From positions 50,346,001-50,410,000 of the forward strand of contig NC_045707.1 in the NCBI RefSeq assembly GCF_009834535.1: a DNA stretch of 64,000 nt, in the 5' to 3' direction. Position 1 is the stretch's first letter. Each line of letters begins with the position of its first letter. Made by a program: the position numbers and the translations under genes. This document shows, one piece after another, positions 1 through 12,720 of this stretch. Source of the DNA: Camelus ferus (lineage: Eukaryota). The notes beneath the pieces are model-generated. The model searched no databases and was not told the origin of the DNA. It saw only the letters and a program-made list of their open reading frames with translations.

Positions 1-2434
1 TTAAATCTCAAATCTAGAGATCTGCTTAAAGGCCCATAATTATCTCTGTTGTGATGCCTTTCAACAGATCTAAGAAGTTGAGTAGTTTTGATTCAAGATG
101 CACTAAGAGGATGGTCAAAAATGAATGAGACTTAGGATCCAGGCCTTTCTATTGCTGCTATTTTTTGGGGGGGTGGGGGTAGAGTAGGTGGGGAGGCACA
201 TTAGCTTCAATAGATTTCAATACTGTGCTCTTTATTTCTTTTAACTTCATTTATCATCATATTCTGTGTTGGTATAACTTAATAAAGAAGAACCACTTTT
301 CCTTTTTTTAAGTATTTTGGATATAACAGGTCAGTGGGAGAGGATGAACACACTTGCCCTTCATCTTTCTCTAACTTCACAAATATGACCACATATTTGA
401 ATAGTATTTTTTGCCAAGTACAAAAACATTTCAAAGTAATAACATTTTTTCCATAGGTAGGGAGAATAATGATGGTTTCTTTGCCACTTCCTTTTTGCTC
501 CTTTAACATGCTGTTTAGATGCTTTTTTTCCCTTTTTGCTCCTATTATAGTTGGATGTGAGGTTTTGATTAATTCTGTATTTTTCATCCTGCTGAACTGC
601 AGATTTCTTGAAGGCAAAACCTCTGTCTTATTTTGTTTCACGTGCCCAGGATCTGACATAGGACTCTATAAATGTCTGTTCTTTGTTCTTTAATTAAGCT
701 AGAAATGAAGAACCCGGCTTAGAAAGGAAGGAAATGGTACATTGTTGTGGAAATGAAGGCGGTTGTACTAACTTTGCAAGGACAGGAAATAAAACAAGGT
801 TAACTGGTGGAAGGTAGGACAGAGGGTAGGTTCTCTGTGGTGTATTGTGAAAGGGGCAGAGGCCAAAGTACAATGACTATTTCACTGAGAAAACAAATAA
901 ACGAACTGGAACATTCTTGCCCAAGCACTTACAAACTTGGAGTCAGTGCGCAGTTAGGTGCTCTATGCTAGTGACAAGGTATGAAGCCATCTGTGTTGTC
1001 TCTTAGGCCTTTTAATTTACACTCTTGAAAAAGTGCTTCCCAATAGGAAATGACCCTCTTTAATGACGTGTCAATGAAGCTTAGACAGTGTTTACTATAA
1101 GGTGATGGAATCTCTTTAAAGTGGGGATTTTAATCTCCCCAAATCTCCATTTTAAGGAGGTTTCATTATATCAGAAATTTCCAATGACACACCCAAAGAG
1201 GGCACAAAGGTTTTCTGGAAGCCATATGTCTGCAGAATGTATCCACAGACCTGTGAAGAAAGAAGAGCTTAATTAGACAGATGAGCAATTTCCTGAAAAG
1301 GCCTATGCAGGCGTTGGATTACATTCATTTCCTCTAAAAGAGGCATGAAAACTATGATGATGAACAGCTCACTGTCTTGGAGCTTAGCCATTCTCCAGTT
1401 TATCTATACTTGGTGGGAGTGAAGGAAGGAGGATGCTCCTACTTTTGAAGCTGGGTTCTCTTAGTCATGAATGTTGGATTTCTTCTACGCAGAATGTGTG
1501 TTCAGTTGAGCTTCAGATTATCAGAAGGTGAGATCCCACTTTGTGGCTTGCCCTTGGTTAAGTGGAGATCACTTTGGCCAGAAGAGTGTTCTCAGCCATC
1601 TCTCCCTGCTTTCAGTGGCTCAGGAAATAGAAACTAATTTTGATTTCAACTAATCCCAAACTTGATGAGGAACAGAAATATAATGCTACTACTTTAAAGC
1701 ATGACATTCGTGCCAAAGCCAACATATACTTTAAAAAATATTCTACTGATTCTTTCCCATTTGATTTATCCATATAATCTTGGTCTTTCCATTTTAGAGC
1801 TTATGATGGAGAGTTTGCTGTACTGGAAATTAATAAATGATTTCATCAGTATCAAAACACTAACACTGACTTGGAAGATCAGAGTCGAAAGCCCTGTCTG
1901 GGTGGTATGGACTTTCGCTTCCGTTTCTCAGTGCTTCTACTTATTTCAAATAAAGGAAGTTTGTAAGTCTTGTGTAGTTTCCTTGTGCTCACTTGTCTTT
2001 CCTTTTCCTTTGGTGTTTTACAAAACTGAGTCATTGAAACCCATCCCATTTCACCATCATACAGAGGTAGTGCAATTACCAAGAAAAGAAACCTTATTCT
2101 TTGTAAGCTGCCAGAAATCCTAGTTATTAAGCCTCATTACAGATCATTGATTTGAGATCCTTTGCATTTTTTTTAAACAGTTGGCCAGGGATTTCGAATG
2201 GATAGTCTTGCTAGTATTGTCCTTTCAGTAGTCAAGTTGAGTTAACCATTGAATGAACTGAAGTTTAAAAAGGATAAGTTGAGTGCCAGATTTCACTTAA
2301 ATGTATCTGTATAAAAAAGGAGTTTGGAATTAGAAGAAGAAGAATTGTAAACATGTTCCTTTTAAACCAGAAATTAATTCAGGATTTAAAAAGATAGTAT
2401 GGTGGGAGTGAAACATTGATGAAGATGCAATTTT

Positions 2435-2563
2435 TTGTTTTTGGGTTTTTTTTGGGGTGGGGGGTAATTAAGTTTATTTATTTATTATTTTTTATTTAAT
2501 GGAGGTACTGGGGATCGAACCCATGACCTCATGCATGCTAAGTATGTGCTCTACTACCCCCTC
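2435..2563 (-). mobile_element. tRNA-derived SINE, Vic-1-like (camelid), small deletion near 5' end
   Basis: Minus strand reads ...GTAGAGCACATACTTAGCATGCATGAGGTCATGGGTTCGATCCCCAGTACCTCCATTAAATAAA...TAATTACCCCCC, with B-box GGTTCGATCC and A-rich tail; flanked by perfect 14-bp TSD GAAGATGCAATTTT (2421-2434, 2564-2577). Confidence 0.85.
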
Positions 2564-2695
2564 GAAGATGCAATTTTGACAGCGACAACATGAGGCAAGT
2601 TGGGAGACAGGAAATCGGCAAACTCCCTGGGTTGGCCAGACAGGGTCAGTTCAATTTGTAATTTTTACTTTAATTCAGAAAAGGACCTGTATTCA

Positions 2696-3343
2696 TGTAT
2701 TAGTCAGGGCCCTCCAGAGAAACTGAACCAACAGGATACTTGTTTGTTTATTTGTTTGATTGTTTACTGTGAAGAATTGGCTCATGTGATGATGGAGGCT
2801 GAGAAACCCCATAATCTGCTGTCTGTGAGCTGGAGACCAGGGAAAGCTGGTGACAAAATGCTGCCTGAATCAGAAGACCTGAGAACCAGGTGAGCTGATG
2901 GTATAAATGAGAGTCCAAGGGCAAGATGAGATGAGATGTCCCAGGTCAATCGGTGAAACAGGAAAAAATGAGGCATTGTCCTGTTTCCTCCTCCTTTTGT
3001 TCTGTTCAGGCCCTTGAACGGATTGCATGATGTCCACTCATCCTGGGGAGGGGCATCTACTTCACTGAGTCCACCAAATTCAAATGCTAATCTCATCAAA
3101 ATACTGAAATTTGTATTAGTCAGGGTTTGAAAGAGAAATGAACCCACAGAAGATTTATTTAGTTGTTTGTTTTAGGAATTGGCTCCTGGGGTTGCCTTCC
3201 CCTATTGGTGAGGATGATCTTCTTTATTTTGTGTTTTGATTCCAATGCTAATCTCTTCACAGACACAAAAGATAGCATGTTTCACCAGCTATCTGGGCAT
3301 CCCTTATCTCAGTCATGTGGCCACATTAAAATTTGCCACCACA
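2696..3343 (-). mobile_element. MLT2-family (ERV-L) LTR, apparently two partial copies in tandem
   Basis: Starts TGTATTAGTCAGGG..CCAGAGAAAC, contains GAATTGGCTCATGTGATGATGGAGGCTG, ends CACATTAAAATTTGCCACCACA, matching recalled MLT2 reverse strand; terminus TGTATTAGTCAGGG recurs at 3112. Confidence 0.8.
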
Positions 3344-3954
3344 GGGCCCCATTTATCAAGTAAGCAATTAAGCTTGACATCAGGATTGGAGTATATGGAA
3401 ATGATTTTGGGATGTTCTTCTGGTGTTTATTTATTCACTTTTTTAGAACCACCAAAACCTTCTTAGACATCATTTAATAAATTCATAAAATTCAGAGTAG
3501 ATTTCATAAAGAGGGAGAAGTAGCGGTAAGAGTTCCAAACATCTCAATTAATTTATAATTAGAGGTTCATGAAAAGAGGCAAGGAAGAGTGTGAACTCCT
3601 AAGACTTTAGTAGAACTAAAATTTAACATTCTTCTTTTTTCTACTTTTTCTCCACGTCACACTACATCATGGTGTTGATTTGCTCACCACGACACCCACC
3701 CCACACACATACATATGCACAAAATTATTTTAGAGTAGATATTTAATGAAGTATCATAATCCGCATTTTGGGGTACTGAATTTATAATACCAGATCTACT
3801 ACCTATGTGTTCAGACTTTTCCTTCTACATTTTGTTTATTAAATTACCCATAACAACTTCTTAACCACTGTCACCTTAGGAAGGAACAAAAATGCCCAGA
3901 GTCCTCTGGTGTAGAGAAAAAACAGAAAAGAAAAAGAAAAAAGGTTGAGGAAGG

Positions 3955-4048
3955 ATATCTTTGTCTGGTTTTGGTATCAGGGTGATGCTGGCCTCATAGC
4001 ATGAATTCAGAAGGATTCCTTCCCCTGCAGTTTTTGGGAATACTTGTT
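3955..4048 (-). pseudogene. L1 ORF2 short internal fragment
   Basis: Minus-strand translation VFPKTAGEGILLNSCYEASITLIPKPDKD matches the L1 ORF2 motif (EEGILPNSFYEASITLIPKPDKD) at the start of the RT region. Confidence 0.85.
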
Positions 4049-6029
4049 GAACAACTATGAATGGAGTCAATGTCCATGTTCTTTCCATCATACTGAGCTG
4101 GATCTGGGAAAGGGGGCTACCTTTGCTTCCTCTGATGATGTCATAAAGACTTCTTCCCTCCCTCAAACAAATTAAAAAGCTAAGCATTCAATTTTTCAAT
4201 TCATAATTTAAAATTTATTGATTGGATTGTTGAAGCTTATGCTGGCTGCTGGAGAGAAAGAATATGAGGAATTCTATTGCTCTGCTTTTAAATTCATTTG
4301 ACTACCAAGATTTAACCTGTCTAAACTGGAAAGTTTATATGCCTTTATTTAAAATGAGGAGTAGGCCCTATTTTTCAAGTTAAACCTTCAAAATGAAGTA
4401 CACTGTAGGCTACAAAAAAGTTTCCTTTATTTATTCAACAAATATTTGGGTGTTGACTAAGTACTGGCCACTTTGCTAGGTACTAGGTATATTATATTGA
4501 ATACAATGTCTCATACAAATATGAAGTACATTTCAATAGAGAGAGAACATTTTAATATATTGAGATGTAAAACTGAGTAAAACTTGGCTGGTCAACAATG
4601 TTTGTTACAAATCTAGAAGCAGCTACTTAGGAAAATTGCCCCACACACATCCCTCTGATAAAGAGTAATTGAGGTAGTACATCTGAGGCAACTCCACTTC
4701 TCTGAAGTGCTTCCTGAAGACACTAAGACAATGGCTAGATAAAGCAACTGTGCTGAATGAATTTGTCAGTCAATTTGGTTAAACAATTTGTTTTATTTTC
4801 ATCTGAGTGGAGCTTCGTTAGCTGCTTATACATAACATTTCACACAAGTTGTTTTCCCTTCATATACTGAATTTAGTGCTCTCTGGCAAGCCTAATATTC
4901 ATTCTGAAAAAGACAGGGGAAAAAAAAAAAAAAAGCCCAAGGAAGATGTATGCCTTTTCAACAGCTTTCTTTGCTGTTTGTGCCAATTACGCATTTTGAA
5001 TAGTTTTACATTCATGTGTGTCCTCTGTAGTTACACATTTAAAAATATAATTATTTAGTGGCTAGGTCTTGGAAATATTTTTTTCACAAAAGTGAAAAAA
5101 CTAGAAGATGGATGTATATTATGGAATTTGAGAAAAAAATAAGAAGTTTCATTTAATTTTATATCCACCAAAATTAGCAGTCTAAAATGCACTATATAGA
5201 AGTATTTCCTGGCTTTTGCTGGAAAGATTTTCTTTCTGATTTGTAATAGAAAGACAATGAATACAGGTAGATTAGGACAAAAAGAACTCAAATGATCTAA
5301 GAGGATTAAAAGATTAATGCCAGGCAGAGGGAGGCTGGCTTCTCTGCACACACAAGGTTATGCAGAGCAGGTCACCTTTCTGCCAAATAGAGACTCTTTC
5401 AGAAAATACTCTTTTTCAGTGAGAGTGTAGCTTGCCTTTCCCCACTTGGGGCACGTGAGAGACATAGTTAATGAATGCTTCTGTAAGAAACATAATAGCA
5501 TATTACATCTTTCTTGCTCTGAAATTCTAGGGCTCTTTCAGTTAGAAGAAGAGAAAAGCCTAGTGTTACCCTAAATATCAAAGTCTGTAATTCCACTCAG
5601 AAAATAGACCAATTCAATAAGCTACTATTATAATGCCCTGCATTGATGGATCTTAAGTCCTCAATTTCTGTACCAAACAGGCTTCTTTTTTGTGGCAGAA
5701 AGAGCTCAAGTTTCATCTTTTATCCTGTATAACTTCACTGTAAATGGCTTAAGAACTAGATATAGGCTGAGATTTTAAAATGTTGCTTTATAACATGAAG
5801 CAGTAGATTTAACAAAAAAGCATTCCATCTTTTGCAGGCTATTTCCATGACTGATGAGAACTGGGGCCGAGTTGATAATGATACTTTTATAATCACATAG
5901 ATGAAATCATTCCTCACTGACTGGAAAATGGTCAAGTTACTTGCCTCACGGGAATGTGGTGTACAAAAAACCCCAGTTAGTGAGATGTTGATTATTAAAT
6001 TAAGAAACGGTGGAGGCATTAGATTTAGA

Positions 6030-6662
6030 AAAAAGTGCTTAACCTCATTAGCAATTAGAAAAATGAAAACTGAAATGGCAATGACCTTTTACCAAATTGG
6101 CTAAAATTAGGATGTAAAAATCATGTTTAAAGGAAGCTTGGTATTATTAAGGAAAGCTGAAAATTTATATACCATATGGCTCAGTAATTCTAGGAATATA
6201 CCTTTAAGAAATGCTTGCATATGGGCCCTAGGATCTATGGATGACGAAAAAATTAATTGGAATACTGAACAGTAATGTCAATGAACAAACGACAGTTATC
6301 GGCAACACGTAAAAATTGTACAAGTAGTCACAATTGTAAGGTGAAACAAAGAAATTATGGCATAAAAATGTCTATGTTGTGATTCTTTTCCTCTAAAACT
6401 CAAAACCAGACAAGACCAACCTCTATTTTTCAGGAATGTATTCACAAATGGTAGCACTATAAAGAAAAGCAAGAAAATTATCAACACATATAAGGATAGT
6501 GTTTATGTCTGGGGGAGAGTCACACACAGAGTTTCTGGCGTCCTGATGCTATTCTATTTCTTGATCTGGACTGGACTATTTGTTTAAATAATTGTCAAAG
6601 AGTACATGTATATTTTAAGTACTTTTCTATGTGTATATTATATGCTGCAATACAAAGTAAAA
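6030..6662 (+). mobile_element. Ancient L1 (L1MD/L1ME-like) ORF2 end and 3' UTR, highly diverged
   Basis: AAAAGTGCTTAACCTCATTAGCAATTAGAAAAATG, TACCATATGGCTCAGTAATTCTAGGAATATACC, ATTCTATTTCTTGATCTGG resemble old L1 3' ends. Confidence 0.65.
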
Positions 6663-8117
6663 CACACACTCCACACTCCACACACTCCAAGACCACTGTC
6701 CGTGGCATGTGACTAGATAACACCTAATATGCTGAACGGGGCTGGACTGGAGGGTAGTTCAGGGCTGGCAACTGAGCCAAATGTGCACTGGATTCAAGGT
6801 GCCACTCCTTCACGTGAAGTCATTGATTGACTGTGGTCCGGGATTGGGTTGTTATCACACAAAAAGACCTTTCAATAAAACCCTGTTTGATTCAACTAAC
6901 TTCATTCATTCTCATAACGACCTACTTAGTCTTATCTCAACTTGGTTTAGGGATAAAAATCATTAGGTATTATCATAAATTAAATGAGAATTGGTTGGGA
7001 ATCTCTGAGAATTAGTCTGGGCTTCTTTATTCCTTTCTAAATGACCTGCAAATTTGTTTTTGTCAACCTTCGTTTACCTCAAGTGACACAGCCTGTGTTC
7101 CATAGATAGCAAAGGAGAAAATACATTCAACAATTTTTTTTTTATCATCTCCAAACACATGAGCAAAAGAATATCTGAAAGATGTTTTCAACTGACTAAT
7201 TAGGTTAGGAATCTCAGGAGAACAGTCCTATTTGCTATAATTTTGATGGCAATGTTTCTGTTTCTGATTGAGATTCTGGCAAGAACAGATTTCTCCCTTG
7301 ACACTTCCTGTTGGAACTTCTAGTAGGAAAAAAAGAAAGGAACTTTTTCTTTCTCATCAATTGGGAAAGACAAACTTGGGTTGTAAGTGACTTATGTACA
7401 AAGGCCATGACTTCCTAATTTTTTAAGTACATATTTTATACCCTGGCATTGTGTAGAGTACCAGGAAATGAATGCTTTTTTTGGTAACTGTTGATATATC
7501 TCCCCTACCCTGCCCCATAAATTTTGGTATTTTGGTGCAGCATTGACAAAAGTCCTCAGTTTTTAGTATATGCAAATCAGATGGAGGAACATAAATCACT
7601 TCTTTCTCTGAAACGTTTTTTTCCTTTTATGGTCTCTGAATGTGAATACTTAGAACCAATTGTCCTTCCGTTGTTTCTCTGTCCCACATTTGTCAACTGG
7701 TGGTGAGTTTGTTGAAGGAAAGCAGTTTTCCTTTGTGTTCTCCACGGCACTTAAACATGATGCTGAGACTACAGAGGTGCTTAATAAATTCTTGCCACTT
7801 TTGATTCCATCTCTTTTAAAAAAAAAGAGATTTAAAAAAATACTCTTAAATCCCTGTCTTGAGGTTCTTCCTCAGCATGGTCCGGGCCCAGTAAGTTGTA
7901 GGAAATGACTGAGTTCTTGGTCTCTTCAGAGTCTTTTGCTGCAGATTGTAATTGTTAGTGATAATTGCTTTAAGTGATACTATTACAAATAGGGCTACTA
8001 ACTAATTTTTAAACTATATATGCCTGTCAAGGTATTGGAGTAAAATGCAATGTCAAAAATACACTGAGAAAAGGATAGTACTGTATGTGATGACAAGTGT
8101 GAAAAAAACAAAAACAA

Positions 8118-8177
8118 AAACAGAGAGGCCAAAAACAAAGAAATATAAACAGAGAGGCCAAAAACAAAGAAATATAA
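8118..8177. repeat. Perfect 29-bp tandem duplication (2 copies)
   Basis: AAACAGAGAGGCCAAAAACAAAGAAATAT at 8118 and 8147. Confidence 0.95.
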
Positions 8178-8906
8178 GGTAATTATGATTTCAGTCTATC
8201 GGGGTCTGCCCCTTATTGTCCAGTGCCATTTGCTTCCCATTAGAAGCTGTTGTTGGTTCTAGTCAAGAAATTAAAGCCCACCCCCACCCCACCACAAACT
8301 TGTGATAGTAAAGGAAAAGGGTGCCCTCTTTAGAGCTTCTCTGAGATCCTAGTATTTAGTTTTCAATCTTAAATTTCACTCAAATACCCTAACAGAATTT
8401 GGGACATACTATACAGAATATAGACCAAGGATTCTTAATACGGAATTGGTAGAAGGGATTCCAAGGCCCTTGGGGCCCTTGATGTTGTATATAAAACTGA
8501 GTCTGTGTATATGTACATTTTTCTGAGTTTTCTGGCCTTTCCTCTGGGATTCCTGACCTTTTCTTCCTCCAGGGTAGAGAATCACTCTACATTTATTCTG
8601 TGTCCTAGAACCAGCCATGTGAACTTGACCAGACAAGCAGATTTGGGAAAGATCCTGCCCACAAAGACTCAAAGGGCATTGGGCAAAGATGACAGTTCTC
8701 ACCATGCTTTAATTTAGGACTGTTCAGGGGATCCCTTTCCAGAATTCAAGCATCATGCTGAAATTACCAGAGGCTATTAATACTGCATGTATATTTATTT
8801 TCATGACTTGGCAAGGGTGTGAGCTGCGACATGCAATCTTCGCAGAGAGGCTACTGTGAAGGTTGGCTAGCAACCAGGCAGATGTCTGGGGTATGGCAGT
8901 AATGTT

Positions 8907-8935
8907 CTCCTCCTCCTCCTCCTCCTCCTCCTCCT
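8907..8935. repeat. (CCT)n microsatellite
   Basis: Run of CTCCTCCTC..., about 9 units. Confidence 0.95.
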
Positions 8936-9012
8936 TAGCTGCAGAGTGGTCCACATAGTGCATTTGCATTTCCATTCTCTGTAGCCCAGTCTCTTCTAAT
9001 TTTAAAGAACCT

Positions 9013-9130
9013 TTTTTGAGATGTAATAAATATACCATAAATTCAATTTTTAAGTGTATAATTCAACAGTTTTTAGTATATTCACTGAGTTATGCAAGCA
9101 TCACCACTATCTAATTTTAAAACCTTCTAT
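9013..9130 (-). mobile_element. Old L1 (L1MA/MB-like) extreme 3' end fragment
   Basis: TTTTGAGATGTAATAAATATACCATAAATTCA...AGTATATTCACTGAGTTATGCAAGCATCACCACTATCTAATTT; similar to 47730-47830 in this window. Confidence 0.7.
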
Positions 9131-10121
9131 TTTTAAGCTTCTTTTCTAAGTGTTTCCTTCTAATATCTCTGGAACAACATTATTTTTCACTTACTTTTTT
9201 AAAAGAAGACCTATGCTCTGAAATTACCCCTGTAGATAATTGATAGTCCCAGGTTTTAAGAGGGGGTCTTGATAACATATGTTGGCTTCACCCCTTCTAT
9301 AGTGCCAGGATTAACCCTTTGTGACTCAGTGTTTACAAAGAGCACTAATCAGCTTTTTAAATGTAGGTGATATCTCCTAGACCAAAGAAAAAAAAAGTTT
9401 GAGCCATTTTGAATTTACTATTTCTGTGGGCCATAAGCAGTGAATATGTGTAATTTCACAAGGTTCAACTTATAATGAAACTTGTATGAAATTTTCATGC
9501 TCGCTCCACTGGCACTACAAAAATTGGAATGAAATACTATATTTTAGGCTCATTAAAGGTAAAGTAACTCGCTCTTGCTTGAAACACACAGCAAAAATAT
9601 TGTGGGTTTTTTTGTGTGTGATTATACACAAAGAATTAAAATAGTCTCATCCTCAACCTTTATTCATTCATTCAATCTCAAATATTTACTAAGTACCTAC
9701 TATATGCCAAGATAGGTGGTGGGAAGGAAGACACAGTCTCTGACATAAGGGACACACATTTCTGCTGTACCTTCTTCTACCGTCTATTAATTTATTATTT
9801 TATATCTTTGCAAAGAGTTTGCATTTACATCTTGAGCAAATTTATTAACTGATTAACTCTTGCTCCCTACTGCTTCATAGGTAGGCCAAAGCCTTCCTCT
9901 CTTCTGTGTAAACTTCAATTACACACATGACTTTTTTCCCTATAGTTCCCAAGTTCTCTGAGTAAATGCAATCTTCTGTCAGTGTTGCAGTGTTTCCACA
10001 TTGTTAAGGGATGTAATTTTGTAGTTTTCCCAAGTATAATTACTAACTGCCTCAGTCTTAGCTGAAATGTTAGTGAGTTTCAATTCTTAAATTTTGGAAG
10101 AAGATTAAGGCATTTAATTTA

Positions 10122-10158
10122 CACAACACACACACACACACACTCGCGTACACACACA
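10122..10158. repeat. Interrupted (CA)n microsatellite
   Basis: CACAACACACACACACACACACTCGCGTACACACACA. Confidence 0.9.
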
Positions 10159-10765
10159 GTATCTTAAAGTGTGAAACTTTAGTCCTTAACATTCCAGTCT
10201 CACGTGTGATCAAAATCATTAGTTATATAAAAGACACATATAAGTAATTTTTACATATTTCTAGGATATTGGTAATTCTCAATATATCTTAAATATTGCA
10301 TTGGTCTTTCAGATATCCAGTGGATTTTACCAGTCCTGAGTTAGGCTGGAATGTCTTCCTGGACTATTGACTTGGGGTGGAGAACTACATGTATCTTTTG
10401 TTCATTTTCTTTCAAGTACTGCTTGAAGGAATAGAGTGCTGGGAAATTTCTATCATCAGATTTATACTAAAAAGGTCATGATGATCAGGAAGCAATGGGA
10501 TGCTAATCAAGGATAATAGTGTTAATTTTGTCCAGAACAGATAGAAAACAGAATTTGTGAGTGCTGGAGAACATGTCATCCCATTACTTTATTTCACAAA
10601 TGAGGAAATGGAATCTCAGAAAAGTTAAGTGACCAGTTCAAAGGTACTTAATTATTAGTTAAAAATCCAAAATTCAAACCCTATGATTCAAATTCCCAGC
10701 ACAATGCTCTTTCTAACATTGTTTTTATCCATTGAACTCCTCAGCTAGGGTTGGGCGACCTACAC

Positions 10766-10952
10766 CGGTGGTCCTCAAACTTGAACAGGCATCAGAATCA
10801 CCAGGAGGCCTGGTTAAAACAGATTCCTGGGCCCAGCCCTGAGTTTCTGATTCAGCAGGTCTGGGGTGTGTGTAGGTATGTGAGAATGTGCATTTTTCTC
10901 AGAAGTTTTCAGGTGATGCTGATATTGCTGGTTGGGGAATCACACTTTGAGA
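10766..10952. mobile_element. MER5A-like hAT-Charlie DNA transposon
   Basis: GGTGGTCCTCAAACTT..GCATCAGAATCACC..GAGTTTCTGATTCAGCAGGTCTGGGG..CAGGTGATGCTGAT..CACACTTTGAGA. Confidence 0.85.
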
Positions 10953-11712
10953 CATCAAATCTGCATGAAGCAGGCTTAACAATTCTTCTATCAACAGGGT
11001 TTCTAATGGTTATAATTTCTGTTGTTCACTCCTTTGGCCTCTAAAAATATAATAAATGATCAAAATGCCCTGTCCGAAAACTCAGTGGCTCTCTATTGTC
11101 TCCCAGCATTGGCTTTCATATCAAGACTGGTGTGAAAATGACTGTGTGTCTGGGCAGATGGCTAGTGAATGAGTCTGGAATAAGAAGGGAGCTACTTAGC
11201 ACTTCTGATTAGCCCTCAGAGCTCCCAAGACCCAGTCTCCTGCTGGTGCTTCCTTCTCTTCCTCTCAACAAAATAAATAATGTTAAAAGTGCCAATGATA
11301 AGAGGATAGCCATAAAAATATGTTTTATGAACCTCCTCATGTCTTCAACCCTTAAAGAGGCAGAGGATTATCATATCCCTGTAGCAGTCAAGATTCTTAG
11401 ATACAGAAATAGAATTTAGGTTAGCCAGTGCAAACACAGAGATTTAATATAAGGTATCAGGTAGTTTACAGAACGTGAGTTGGCTTAGAAGAAACTGGGA
11501 CCCATGCAGAACCCTCTGGGGAACATGGTTTTGTTTTTCCAGTCTTTACTCTACAGGAAGTCATGCTGGAAGAGATCGGGATGGTTGTTGAGTGAATCAC
11601 ACTGCAACACCCGCCACAGTTACCATGACCAAGTTTTATTCTCAAGCTAGATGCTGATAAAATACCAGATCTTGGTTTTACATACTCCCATAATGATTTA
11701 GGACTTAGTCTG

Positions 11713-11744
11713 GTGTTAAAGGAGAGATGTGTTAAAGGAGAGAT
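11713..11744. repeat. Perfect 16-bp tandem duplication
   Basis: GTGTTAAAGGAGAGAT x2. Confidence 0.95.
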
Positions 11745-12199
11745 TGTAGCAAACTGACAAGAAAAGTGAAAAATTTGTAAATAATTCTACTAGCACACTG
11801 GCAGAAAACTTAATGATGTCTAGTCCTTGTGTTCCTGGGATTTCAGGATTCACAAAGATCTTTCATTTGAAGAAACACTTTTCTAAAGACAATCTGGTGG
11901 CTGCTACAACCTAAGGCTGATTATTTAGTTGTTGGTGGCCCTTAGGCTTATATTTTATACTATGTTTATAGTTTATACTAGGTTTCTGTAATGTGAAATT
12001 ATTTATTGAAATTGAAATTTTTGAAAGTATATTGACTATAATATGTTAAGGATAAGGATTCATTTCTATCATTATTTTACAGGATATGTTAGACAAAAAC
12101 ATCATCAGTCTTAGTAATCAGCAGGTCTTCTTATGAACTAGGAACTAGACATGTCTTAGTCTACAACTAAAACAACTTCTCTGTAAATAGGACAGTTGA

Positions 12200-12720
12200 T
12201 GCTGTGGCCAGGTCACTACCAAACAGAATCCAAGGCTGGGGCATCCTGCTCGGAGTCTTCATTTTATTCCATGGTAGCATTCATGGATGGCTGTACCACT
12301 GGATGAACCATTTAAAATGCTAAAACAAAGAGACTCACAGGCATTTTTCTTTCATGAGCCTGTCTAGAAGCAGGCAATGCAGAGCTGGTATATTAACTCT
12401 GTTATATTTAATAGACAGCTTCCCGATCTCTGTCTATGTTGCCTATAACAATCCTCCCCCAGACAGTGGGAAGGGGAAAAGAGGAATTGGAAAGTGCATC
12501 CTTTCTAGTTAGGAATGAAACCTAGCGTTATACACACCACTCATGGTTCACATGTCATTAGTCAGAATTTAGGCACAGAGCCACACTTACTTGCAAGGGA
12601 AGCCAGGAACTGTCATCTTTAGTTGGAAGATCTTAAACCCATTGAAAATCTGGGTGGGGGATTTTAATACCAGAAAGAAGAAACAAATGGAATTGGTGGA
12701 TCGCTAGCAGTCTTTGCTAC
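12200..12720. mobile_element. Possible old MLT1 (MaLR) LTR remnant
   Basis: CATGTCATTAGTCAGAATTTAGGCACAGAGCCACACTTACTTGCAAGGGAAGCCAGGAACTGTCATCTTTAG resembles old MLT1 subfamilies; heavily diverged. Confidence 0.5.

Noticed and set aside
1493..1527. 35-nt exon candidate (CGCAG ... AAG/GTGAGA)
   Set aside because: Short pyrimidine tract and no other support; such pairs are common by chance.
2490..2563. tRNA gene
   Set aside because: tRNA-like head belongs to a SINE with tail and TSD; no full cloverleaf.
6695..6820. REST-like half site CTGTCCGTGG and palindromic E-box CTTCACGTGAAG (6808-6819)
   Set aside because: Second REST half-site missing; a single 12-bp palindrome is not enough to claim function.
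8118..8177. CRISPR-like direct repeats
   Set aside because: Two adjacent copies with no spacers, in mammalian DNA, no cas genes.
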